DNA of 64,000 nucleotides from Eledone cirrhosa (GCA_964016885.1 OZ024740.1:233182001-233246000), one strand, 5' to 3'. Shown: positions 1 through 14,335, counted from the stretch's first letter. A program made the numbers and translations. The notes: generated from the letters alone by a model not told the origin.

Positions 1-504
1 GTCTCTGCTTTAGAATTGTCTCCCTTGTATGTTAATGCCACACTCATCTCCATCATTTCAACCAGCCCTAACCCCTTTACATTTCCTCTTCTACCTTATC
101 CAATCCCCAGTCAAGCACATGTCAATTAAAAGAATTTCAGTGCCATATGTTTCATGTATGTAACACAATCCAATCTTCTTGGCGATAGCAACAACAGCCG
201 CCTGGAACTCCGCCTGTTAAGAGAGACGACCATTAAAAAATACATATTAATGGTTGGTAGCAATCCCTATCCCGGCCTATTAGTTACACACTAATTAGTG
301 TAATTATAACCCACAAAATAATTAGCTACTCACTTGTCTTCCTAGAATTACAGTTTTGCAAACATTCGATTGGACCCCATTTATATTATATCTTTCGTTG
401 TTATTGTTTTTAGCCATAGGCATATCCTGGTAGAATATGAATGCATGCATGCATGCATGCATATATGTATGTATGTATGAATGTATGTATGTATGTATGT
501 TATG

Positions 505-1140
505 TATCGGGTCACTCTTGAGTGGTACTGGTAACATGTAACGCAGTACAACCTGTCGCATGGTCGGGTCGTCGGCGACTAAACCGGCAACCCCACCAAG
601 TTTACTTGGTGAGGAAGGTGATTTTGGACACCCTGCAGGACAAAAATCAAAACCTGACAAAGGGCGGAAGAACTCATAAGGGTCAAGGGCCATCCCAAAG
701 TGTGTAACTATGAATATACACATGTACATGTGTATGTATATGTATATGTGTATATACATGGGTGCATGTGTATGTATATGTATATGTGTATATACATGGG
801 TGCATGTGTATGTATATGTATATGTGTATATACATGGGTGCATGTGTATGTATATGTATATATACATGCGCGGGGACATAGAAATAGTCGGGCTAGACAC
901 CCGATCGCTCGGTTAAACCACTGGGAGTGAAGGACCCCTAGCCTTTGTCAGGGCATTCTTCTAGTTGAAGGCAACTCAGGAGACTGGGATAAATCCGATA
1001 TAAAACCTGCAGCTCAGTAGTTACCGATGATGTTGATCTTTTCGGGTTATACTACTGTCACTCAGAGAGTGGGATTGGCTCAGTGCACAGTCTTTCCTCA
1101 CTTTAAAAAATATCTTCACGCACAGGCATTGCACGATAGA
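505..1140 (+). mobile_element. Short non-autonomous element derived from an RTE LINE 5'UTR, interrupted by a microsatellite block (~705-930)
   Basis: 505-700 aligns by eye with the reverse complement of 18100-18268, the 5' end of the RTE LINE (shared 'tactggtaacatgtaac', 'ggtcgggt', 'ctaaaccg.caacccc'). It also aligns with 45655-46003. It ends in an (aat)-type tail. Confidence 0.7.
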
Positions 1141-1204
1141 ATTAATTAATAATAATTAATAATGGTATATCGTGCAATAGCCATACTCAATAACGAGGGG
1201 GCAT

Positions 1205-1217
1205 CATGTATGCATGC

Positions 1218-1250
<33 letters not shown>

Positions 1251-1545
1251 TGTATGTATGTATGTATGTATGTATGTATGTATGCATGTATGTATGTATG
1301 CAGGCATTATGTATGTATGCATACAATTATGCATGTATGTATGTATGTATGTATGTATGTATGTATGTATGTATGCAGGCATTATGTATGTATGCATACA
1401 ATTATGATTGTATGTATGTCTACATATATGTATGATTGTAAGTTCGTATAGATGTATGCATGCATGTATACATATGCATGAATGTATTATGTATCCAAGT
1501 ATTGCGTACATATGTACGTATTTGCATGTATGTATGATTGTATGT
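1205..1545. repeat. (TATG)n microsatellite
   Basis: Direct reading. It is the source of the MYVC/HTYI pseudo-ORFs. Confidence 0.95.
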
Positions 1546-2178
1546 GTGGTAAGCAGCAGTAATTCCGTCTGCTAGCAGTGCTACTGCGTGGCAATTGAGA
1601 GTGTCAGCAACTAATCAGAACTAAATTATTTGCTGGCGCTAAAATAACAACTACTATCAGAATGTAAGGAATTAATACTGCATGATACAATATACTGATG
1701 CGATCGATGTTGTGTCCACATTTCTGCAACTCTGTATCTATAACAATAGCACGAATGGGGAAACCATTTCAGATATTGAAATATTTGAATAATTACAGTA
1801 AAATGTTTAGGTCAGGGCAGTCACTGTAAAGATAAATGCTTTTCTGAAATTCGACTGTAACTAACACTTGTTACAATAATACTTAATGGTCATGAAACTT
1901 ATAGATATTTGCGTTATTCGACAAAATTCTTTATTGTTAAATCATTAGTCTGGAAAGAAAATCGATGCTAGAGTTGGGTTCATTGTTTCCATGGGTGACC
2001 TTGAGCCAATCATCTGCGAAACACGCGTAGCAGGGTGATAATAAAATCATAAAATGTTTTAAACGAAACTTGATCATTTTGTTCTTATTATATAGATTGC
2101 CTGTGCATTGATTTTTCTTATTGGTACCACCACCAGTAATTCACTGAATCACCTACACTTTACACACACACACACACG

Positions 2179-2256
<78 letters not shown>

Positions 2257-3351
2257 TATATATTTTCTGCATGTAATGTGAAATATGAATGTGAGGTTGT
2301 GAGGTTAGATATTTTGATTGCCGGGTATATTGCTGTAAGGCTATTTCCTTAAATGACAGTATTTTAAATATTAATTGTATGATTACACGTTTGGAATTTT
2401 CGTAAATTTAAGAAGTGAAGTGTAGTTACGATACGAATAAGTGTGGTTAGCTACACAATTAATGTATAGCTACACAATTAATGTATAAGAAATATCTCAG
2501 TAGCTATAAAGAGAAACCAGAAACACAAAAACTTGTCTGGGTGTAGGTTCATGGTTAATTTCAATTAGTACTGAGCTCAGCCTAATCAAAGACAAATATT
2601 TAATCCGTTTTAGTCTCATCGACCGAATGGGTGCCAACCCTTATCTTTTTTTAACTGTACCTAATCATAAAATAATCTTTCCAGACCTTTTTTATTGGTG
2701 TTTATTACATGTAGCCGCTACGTCATACCTAAACTAGGATACTGTTTAATACAGCGAAATTTTAAGCTCTTTAGAAACGTTTCGAAAAGCCGGTAGTTTC
2801 CACAAAACCTCCAAAATAAACCGCATTATTTTGTCTCTATAAATATCATCTCTCTTGTGACGCTAAACTCCGCCAGTTGCAGACTGCGCATCAACATGAG
2901 ATATCTCTCTTCACAAAGTTCGATCACCAGCAAGAGTTCAAAGAGCAAAGATCAAGTCCAGTCCATAAGTTGACATTGTCAAGCCATCGTTTTGGCTGCC
3001 GACCCCTGCTTCTCTTACCAGTCAACCTTCCTTCTAGGCATAACGAGTTGATCTTTTTATATGGCCGTATAGTTTGCATACTCTTGACTTGACAATTGAT
3101 GTAATTAGTCTAAGTTTGGTAAAGTTGAGCAGCTCACTCTACAGATACGGTTGCTGAGCCGCTTTCCAGTTATAAGTCTCATGTTGTGGTTCTGGAATGT
3201 AGAGAGCTTCTCATCCAATAAACACAGACAAGACCATACCATATAACACAACTGATAGGATGTAAGTATCAAAGATAAATATATATAGCATATGGATAAA
3301 TATATATAGCATATGGAGCCTTTATTCGGTGTAGTTTTTGTGTGTTGGACA

Positions 3352-6510
<3,159 letters not shown>

Positions 6511-6555
6511 ATTTGTTTCGACACACGATTTCATATAAAAAACCTCGCTAAACTA

Positions 6556-6611
<56 letters not shown>

Positions 6612-6697
6612 TACATATATATATATATAAATATATATATGCAATAGTGAGAGATATTGATGAGAATTCGTCTTTCACCTTGAATTTATTTAAATGT

Positions 6698-6732
6698 CCT
6701 TAATTTTCGAGATAATATCTCTTCTTCGGAGG
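6698..6732 (-). ncRNA. Minimal hammerhead-like motif (CCGAAGA core variant) in a short PLE-end fragment
   Basis: Minus strand reads cct-CCGAAGA-a-gagat-att-atctc-GAA-AATT-A-agg. Stems I and II are present and stem III is palindromic. Confidence 0.5.
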
Positions 6733-6779
6733 GAAGTAAAAGTCTCAGACCAGCGTCTAAATTTCCAATGAAGCCATGC

Positions 6780-6830
<51 letters not shown>

Positions 6831-6831
6831 C

Positions 6832-6964
<133 letters not shown>

Positions 6965-7079
6965 ATATATATATGTATATTTATATTTTGAAAATGAGAA
7001 TCGTTACCGTATTTTCATTCACAACTACTTATATATATTTACATATATACTTATGTGTGAGTGTATGTCTGTGTGTGTG

Positions 7080-7120
<41 letters not shown>

Positions 7121-7123
<3 letters not shown>

Positions 7124-7778
7124 AAATAGATTTAATTAAATTAAATTAAAGGAGTAATGTTCGAGACATATGCCATATCCACTGTAGAATAAGCTCAAAG
7201 ATTCCAATGAATAGATCCGAGCATGTTATATCAACTAGAAATTGATTGACATATATATATATTTTTTAAAAATAAACACTTGAAACAATCACAAGGGATA
7301 ATTTGTAAAGTGTGTAATCACACACAGCTAGGTAGGTAACTAATTAAGGATTAACTAGATCTTCAAATATTACCTTTTAAAAAACGATTAATCCTCCTTC
7401 TATATATTTCATTAAAGAAATATATTTCTCTAAAAATCCGTAAAGTAACATTAGTTAAATCTTAGATCATCAGCAAGGAGGAAGAAATAACTGTCTGTGT
7501 TTACGCATCAAATACAAATCTGCGAGTGACCCGTCGCACGTGCCGCAATTCTAAAACTACTAACAACATGCTAGCGTCCTCCCATTGGCGTGAATAGAGT
7601 GGTCGACAGCTATAAATAGCAGCCAAGTCCTTTCAACCGATTTCGCTCTACAGATAAGGAGCCGTTTATATATCCGAAATAGATTTAATTAAATTAAATT
7701 AAAGAAGTCATGTCCGAGACATACGCCATATCCACTGTAGAATAAGCTCAAAAATTCCAATGAATAAATCCGAGCATT
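7121..7778 (+). mobile_element. Non-coding element bounded by ~105-bp direct repeats (pseudo-LTR-like)
   Basis: 7121-7225 is repeated at ~7673-7777 (ccgaaatagatttaattaaattaaattaaag...tccgagcat). TATAAATA at ~7611 precedes the second copy. Flanked by TA tracts. Confidence 0.6.
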
Positions 7779-7784
7779 TATATA

Positions 7785-8046
7785 TAATTCTATTTTCAAT
7801 ACATATATATGTATATATATACATATGTATATATATACATATATATGTATTGAAAATAGAATTAGAAGTTTTCACCCTATAATGACTGCAGGAAATAATC
7901 TCATATTAGGGTATATGAACCCCCATAAAGGAAAAAGTGAGCATTAGCACGCATGGGATGCCTGTTTGTTAACGTTATGGGGGTACATATGCCCTAATAT
8001 TAGACTATTTCTTTTTTCGTCAATTATATGGTGAAAGCTTCTATTT
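7785..8046. repeat. Two adjacent palindromes: a near-perfect ~80-bp palindrome (~7785-7864) and an imperfect hairpin element (~7860-8046)
   Basis: taattctattttcaatac...gtattgaaaatagaatta; and gaagttttcacc...tattagggtatatgaacccccataa / ttatgggggtacatatgccctaata...ggtgaaagcttc. Confidence 0.75.
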
Positions 8047-8189
8047 ATATTTTGAAAATGAGAATCGTTACCGTATTTTCATTCACAACTGTTTATATAT
8101 ATTTACATATATGCATGTGTGTGTGTGCTTGTATATATATATATACACACACATATATAATCTCGCAAAACAAATTCAAAAACGAATGA

Positions 8190-8256
<67 letters not shown>

Positions 8257-8257
8257 A

Positions 8258-9153
8258 CGAGGTGGGTCAGAAAGGTTCCAGGACTGATGTCACAAAAGAT
8301 TTATTTCAAACCCAAACTTCACACTAAGAGTTTTCTCTTTCAAGGTAATCCCCCTGCAGTATGTAACTGTAATCTTAGCTCTCTGCAGCGATCAAACATT
8401 TTTCTTCATAATTTTATATACATGTCCTCTGTTTCAGGTCGTCAAGCAATGAGCACAGAGCAACGAACAAACTTGAAGACTCCGTCAGAAGCACTGGGAT
8501 TGCTGCAGCACGTGTATGGAGATGAGATGATGTCACGCTCATGTGTTTTTGAGTGGTGCAAGAGGTTTAAAGAAGGATGGGAGGACGTGGAAGATGACCC
8601 TAGGAGCGGAAGACCCCCAACTACCAGGATTGAGGTCAACGTTGAGCGCGTCAGGCAGATGGTGCGTAGCGATCGTCGGCTAACTGTTCGACTGATGGCA
8701 AATGAGCTGGGCATGAATCGGGACAGCGTCTGAAAGATTCTCACTGAAGATTTGGACATGCGGAAGGTCTGCGCGAAGATGGTGCCAAAACTGCTGAACG
8801 ATGACCAGAAGGGTCGACGCATGCAAATGTGCCAGGACATCCTCGAGCGTCTTGAAACCGAACCAGACTTGCTAGGGACAGTCATCACCGGTGATGAGTC
8901 ATGGATCTTCGAGTGCGACCCGGAGGGGACCCGTTTTGAAGACATGGACGACATCAAAAAGGCCGTGACGACGGAACTGCGGAGGATCCCGGAGGAATCC
9001 TTCCAGGAGTGCATGCAAGCGTGGCAGAAAAGGATGGAAAAGTGCATTAGACTGCAGGGGGATTACTTTGAAGGAGAACACTCTTAGTGTGAAGTTTGGG
9101 TTTGAAATAAATCTTTTGTGACATCAGTCCTGGAACTTTTCTGACCCACCTCG
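8258..9153 (+). mobile_element. Tc1/mariner (mariner-type) DNA transposon, internally deleted, non-autonomous
   Basis: ~73-bp TIRs (cgaggtgggtcagaaaggttccaggactgatgtc... / ...gacatcagtcctggaacttttctgacccacctcg) with TA on both sides. Transposase remnants VFEWCKRFKEG, DDPRSGRP, KMVPKLL, ITGDESW, GDYFE. There is an internal stop and the central DDD region is deleted. Confidence 0.95.
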
Positions 9154-9228
9154 TATATATATATATATAATTCGATTTTGAATTTGTTTTGCGATATTTC
9201 TTATCTGAAAAAGGGTGTTTAGATAGAT

Positions 9229-9641
9229 ATTGTTATACTTTGGGAGAGTCATGTTGCCAATAAAGACACACGCACCCGTTGGTTTTCACTTCAAATTATT
9301 ATAAGTTTCTGGTTGGTTGGTTGGTTCGATAACCGGAATCATGTTCAAATATTGCCAAAGCTCTTTCGTCACACATTATGTGACCTCCTCAGAGTCTACA
9401 TTTTAATTTGTATCTCTCCTTTGTTCTGTCCTACACCATTTTGTTTTGGACAGAACAAAGAAGAGACACAAAATATAAACCTAGTCACTGAGGAGGTCAT
9501 AGAATGTGTAACGAAAGATCTTTGACAATATATAAACAACCCTCCGGTTATCGAACCAACCAACCGGAAACTTATAATAAATTGAAGTGAAAACCAGCAG
9601 GTGCGTGTGTTTTTATTGGCCGCATGACCCTTCCAAAGTAT

Positions 9642-9648
<7 letters not shown>
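9229..9648. mobile_element. Fold-back (palindromic) PLE-end derivative with a hammerhead motif on each arm
   Basis: Imperfect inverted arms converge near 9435-9445. Termini (tattgttatacttt/gggg...gtcat) resemble those of the PLE at 3451-6510. Confidence 0.8.
9484..9526 (+). ncRNA. Minimal type-I hammerhead ribozyme
   Basis: gtca-CTGAGGA-ggtcatagaatgtgtaac-GAA-AGATCT-T-tgac: stem I gtca/tgac, CUGANGA and GAAA cores, palindromic stem III. Mirror copy at ~9352-9392 on the minus strand. Confidence 0.75.
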
Positions 9649-9687
<39 letters not shown>

Positions 9688-9875
9688 TTATTTAGGTTTG
9701 TTGGTTTACCACTGGATAGAACTGGTCATTCCGTATGGTCAACCTCGATGTAATATTATGGAGAGCACTCAACGTTATGCAACTCACCCGTCTTCGTGTG
9801 TGTAGTTGGTGGTGCGAGTACGGAGTTAATTATTATAAAATAACTGGACTGGTGTAATTCCTTGAACGGTTTATT

Positions 9876-9933
9876 ATACTATGATCATTTCAATGACCGG
9901 GTTCAGTATTAATCCAGTGACATCATCAGGTAT
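9876..9933 (-). ncRNA. Type-I hammerhead ribozyme
   Basis: Minus strand reads atac-CTGATGA-tgtcactgg...ccggtcatt-GAA-ATGATCAT-A-gtat. Confidence 0.75.
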
Positions 9934-10477
9934 TTGAAATATAATAAAGGAATATAATAGACAAAATCCTTGGGGCTAAAAATCAGAGACATGAGGGCGA
10001 CCGAACATTTAGCAGCTTCTACCCTAGTCGGCCGCCCTCAAGTGGTGATTATTAAGCCTACTTATGTCCATCGGGTGAAGGGGCGCAGGCTTATAGTTTA
10101 CGACTACCACCCCGTCAAAGACAGAGGCCAGCGTTGTGATCAGGTTACAAGCAGGCTGGTCATGCGTGCTAGAAAGTGCCGCGAAAAATATTATTTCAAA
10201 GAACATATATCTCTTCAACAAAGCTACATATAGTAATATATAGTGGGCGTCTGCATGGTATAATGTATGGACAACAAATACGATTAACAATTAGAAACGT
10301 TAAATTTATGTTTAGATTTAGAAGATACCATTTAAGATGAAATTAGAAAAATAAGGTTTAGGTTTAAAGTTATTTAGTTAAAGGAATTTAGCCACAATAG
10401 ATAGCCACAATAAAGGAATAGATAGCCACAATAAATTTTCAGGGTAGAATAAAGAGTAAAGATTAAGCCCATGCTTA

Positions 10478-10996
10478 GCGGTCAATAACCAGCGACGTAG
10501 CGGACCCCGGCCAGCCCGGGGCCCAACGGCGTGTCAGCCGTTCCGAGTATTATCGTCTAGCGAAAGAAATAGAAATTTATTTTTCCCAACACTCCACTAA
10601 CGTAACAGTCTTAAGCGTCGGGTGTGTTAGCGGGAAGTCCGCCACCCCCGGCTGGCTATCGTATATACCAAACGATTACTAGTTATTCACACTGGTGGGG
10701 GAATTAGTTAAGTGCTAGTAGAAGGAGGGATGATAAAGTTAAAAGTTATGATTAAGCCTAGAATTTAAAGGTACTGTTTGGCGGTCAATAACCGGTGGCG
10801 CAGCGAGTTCCAAGTCTGACAGTGCCCCAGGGCGAAGCAGCCGTTGCGAGTAATTTCGTTTGCCGAAAGAAGGGGAAACTTATTTTTCCAAGCACTCTAG
10901 GAAGGCTGATCGACCCGAGCGCCTGGCGTGCAGTCGGGAAAGCCGCCATATCAGTCGGATCATCGCGTGTACCAAACGATTATTAGTTATTCACAC
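10478..10996 (-). ncRNA. Two tandem ~215-nt diverged units (10478-10692, 10781-10996); candidate structured RNA of unknown family
   Basis: The units align colinearly, with conserved blocks and compensatory variable stems (see findings). Confidence 0.55.
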
Positions 10997-11732
10997 CCGT
11001 GATGTGAAGTTGAAAGTGGTAAAATCTGATGAAATGTGCAAATAGACTATATTTAGTCCCCAGTTAGTCCGAGTTATATGTAGTGTGATTCTTAGGTGGG
11101 TACGGGGAGTGAATAAAGATACAAGGGTACAGAGAGTAATATTCTAGAGTCGTGTGCTGAAGTACAATGATAAGTATATAATGAGAGTAAAGTGAGTAAA
11201 TAAATACATAAATAAATAAAAACATAAGTAAAATACATAAATAAAATGCAGTCATAACTAGGGTGGTGATGTAGAGAGTATAGAGGAAGTATATAAGAAC
11301 ATATCGAAGAAATCAAAATACAGGAGAAATAAAATACAGATCAAGTGCAGTTGGAGAATACAAGGTTATACATATAGATATAGAGGATGGAAGAGTTGGA
11401 ATGGTATCAGGTGACACCTAGTGAATGTTCGAGTCTTAATTTTCAATGTGAATCCCAAAAGCTCTGAAATATAGGATAGAGAATTCAGTCAATACAATAC
11501 AGGGTATAGTAGAATATGCAGATTCTCTGAAGAATCTATGAGGTCTGGCGGAGTCTGAATATTCCCGACAGGGAAGCAGCAATGCATGGTCCAGGTCGGC
11601 GGTAGACAAAGCTCAATACGGCCAAAATCCAAGTGGTGTGTAGTTAGTCCCATGCTGGCGATAGCTGTACACTGGAGTCAGTGCCGCTGTTCATTATTTG
11701 ACTTTGCCTTTCATTATTTGACTTGACTTGGA

Positions 11733-12238
11733 CGGTGGATTGGCAGTATCGGTAGAGGGTCGGACGCCATGCTTTCCAGCATAGTTACGTCCCTTTACGA
11801 TCTGAGTTCAAATCCCGCCGAGGTTGACTTTGCCTTTCATCCTTACGGGGTCGATAAAATAAAGTACCAGTAATGCACTGGATAATTGCTGGCCTTGTGC
11901 CTAAAGTAGAAACAATTATTTGACTTTGCCTTTCATCCTTATGGGGTCGATAAAATAAAGTACCAGTAATGCACTGGGTAATTGCTGGCCTTGTGCCTAA
12001 AGTAGAAACAGTTATTACATCTGAAAGCGCTCGACATTTCCTGGAGCATTATTTATTTAGGTAGTATCGGTAGAGGGTCGGACGCCATGCTTTCTAGCAT
12101 AGTTACGTCCCTTTACGATCTGAGTTCAAATCCCGCCGAGGTTGACTTTGCCTTTCATCCTTACGGGGTCGATAAAATAAAGTACCAGTGAGGCACTGGG
12201 TAGTTGCTGGCCTTGTGCCTAAAGTAGAAACAATTATT
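11733..12238 (+). mobile_element. Cluster of tRNA-derived SINEs (two near-full copies plus one 3' partial copy)
   Basis: A-box-like tggcagtatcgg, B-box gagttcaaatccc, conserved body gactttgcctttcatccttacggggtcgataaaataaagtaccag, tail agtagaaacaattatt. Confidence 0.85.
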
Positions 12239-12347
12239 TATTTAGGTTTGTTGTTTACCACTGGATAGAACTGGTCATTCCGTATGGTCAACCTCGATGT
12301 AATATTATGGAGAGCACTCAACGTAATGCAACTCATCCGTCTTCGTT

Positions 12348-12387
<40 letters not shown>

Positions 12388-12420
12388 AGAATATTTTCGA
12401 AACAGCGAATTGATTTGAAA

Positions 12421-12644
12421 TTATTAGAAATGTTAGCTATCGCCGTATTTTAACTAAAGAAATTAAAGAAATTATTTAGCCTGATAGTGGGGTTAAGAAC
12501 CCTCGGAGAAATCGAAAAAGATGAGTATTGACGTCAATACTCATCTTTTTCCATTTCTCCGAGGGTTCTTAACCCCACTATCAGGCTAAATAATTTCTTT
12601 AATTTCTTTAGTCAAAATGCGGCGATAGCTAACATTTCTAATAA
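12421..12644. repeat. Spacer-less palindrome (fold-back element), centre 12532/12533
   Basis: ~112-bp arms with few mismatches around ttgac|gtcaa. The family recurs at 18345-18512 and 63768-64000. Confidence 0.92.
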
Positions 12645-12699
12645 TATATATATATATGATAGTAGAAAATGATCTTTTGAAATGTGTGAATTTAATGAA

Positions 12700-13400
12700 A
12701 ACTTAGATCATACTTCTCTAAATTACCTATGTTTATAGTAAGTTGTCAGTAATGAAAATCTTATCAGAATTTAGTTAACCACGGAATTTGTCTTCTACAT
12801 ATACGACTTGTATCATTGAAATATTTCCAAGTAGATGTTTCAATTTCTAAATATAGATATATAATTTGATTAAATTCCTCTTCTGTAAATTTCCAAAGGC
12901 TCAAGTACCTAGTTATTTCCAATTATATATTTCATGGTTTGTGCTCAATTATAAATTCGTTTTCAATTTGTTTCTTTTATATAAATGTTTATATTTGTTT
13001 TTACTGGAAGTTTCAAAGGTAGGGGCGTGTCGCTGGAATTTTGGTTCTGTACATGATCTTTTTATCTGACTTGCTAAATTGATTATTCTTATCTCTATTG
13101 GAGTTAAATGTAACATCTAAATGGCTAGGATATTGTTATTTTATGGCTCAAATAGTTAAAGGTACTATTTATGTCTTTTCTAAAATTGTTTAATGTCTAA
13201 TAATTGGCGTGTTTCAATAGGGCTAATCCTCTATCTTTATATAAGCCTAGTATTGGATTACGTCTATGGAAGAATTAAAGACCAACAATACCACCCTGAA
13301 ACCCTAAAAAGCTTCCTTTAACAGAGACCACTCGAAGTTAGGTTTCCAATAGATATGTGATTATTTTCTAGGAACTGCAATTCAGTAATATTTGCTACTC
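12700..13400 (-). pseudogene. Heavily decayed PLE reverse transcriptase
   Basis: Minus-strand translation GLYKDRGLALLKHANY*TLNNFRKDINSTF...KITI and, in a shifted frame, HLDVTFN...KKIMY. These match the GLYRDDGL...LDVT motifs of the other PLE RTs here. Boundaries are approximate. Confidence 0.6.
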
Positions 13401-14055
13401 AGTAAATTTAATCAAAGTTTACTTCAATTAGGGACTTAAACACCTATCATTTTATTCGTGGAGCATTATCAACCTATATAATGTATGTTGTCGGTCACAA
13501 GTGTTATTAAGGTAACAGTAGCACATTAAATGTTCCTCTTGGAAGGGGATTGCACTTGTTATAGATAGTCATTGCTAACTCAGCATGGGTATAAAATATA
13601 TAGCTCATGTGAGAGAAGAAAACTCTCATTTCATGTACCGTGTTGTTTGTCAGTGAAGTTTGCAAATCACATAGCAAACGTTTCTTCTTCCAGATGATAT
13701 CTAAAATATTTATGCAACGATTTCCTTTATATGTTTCACCGGTCTAGGTGCCCTTATAATTGTCTAGCAGTTACAGTATAAAAACATATTTCTGACACTA
13801 AATATGAAGGTTTACCTTTTGCGATCCAAATTTTTCCTACACTTACAATAAGATACTTGTATGTATTGTGCGATATCATTTCTACATATATATGTGAATA
13901 AGTTACTGTTGTTTTATAAGTATATTTTCTATAATAGCATGTTGCTGTTGATTTAGACTAGCTCGATGAGTCCCTATTCACCATACATATTTGATTACAT
14001 TTAATAAAAACCGATATAAGATAAACGGTTTCTAATAGTCGACCTAGTATGTATA

Positions 14056-14128
<73 letters not shown>

Positions 14129-14131
<3 letters not shown>

Positions 14132-14284
14132 TAATAAGAAATTAAAAGACTAAAATCGAAAGAGGGCTCGATAAGGATAAATATATATGAAATATATAAG
14201 AACCGCAGAGCAAATATTTATTAAAATAACAGATTAAAGTTTAAGCAAAGAATCGCTGCTTTCACCCTTAACGGGATCTTCTGA

Positions 14285-14287
<3 letters not shown>
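14129..14287 (+). repeat. Abundant TA-associated dispersed repeat (PLE-end-like family)
   Basis: Core aagactaaaatc...tcgataaggataaat...gagcaaatatttattaaaataacagattaaagtttaagcaaagaat. About 10 copies or fragments: 22576-23044, 37714-37754, 37947-38072, 40722-41410, 42990-43141, 47881-47980, 48256-48424, 48990-49091. Confidence 0.85.

Positions 14288-14335
<48 letters not shown>

Larger units (their letters stand above)
9690..11690 (-). mobile_element. 5'-truncated PLE: decayed GIY-YIG C-terminus, long 3' region and hammerhead-bearing pseudo-LTR
   Basis: Minus-strand remnants TAIAS...THHLDF and HRFFRESAY at ~11670-11510 (weak). Hammerhead at 9876-9933. The terminal block 9690-9800 recurs at 12240-12349 and 59893-60005. 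Confidence 0.6.

Noticed and set aside
8442-9047. 201-aa minus-strand ORF
   Set aside because: It is the antisense shadow of the mariner transposase remnant.
10141-10160. ggttacaagc resembling a twister ribozyme loop
   Set aside because: I could not place the P1/P2 stems, the cleavage-site UAA or the pseudoknot partners.
10478-10996. CRISPR- or guide-array interpretation of the tandem units
   Set aside because: There are only two units, the variable segments pair internally rather than looking like free spacers, and no effector gene is nearby.
11733-11830. tRNA gene
   Set aside because: A/B boxes are present but there is no cloverleaf. It continues into a SINE body found in multiple copies.
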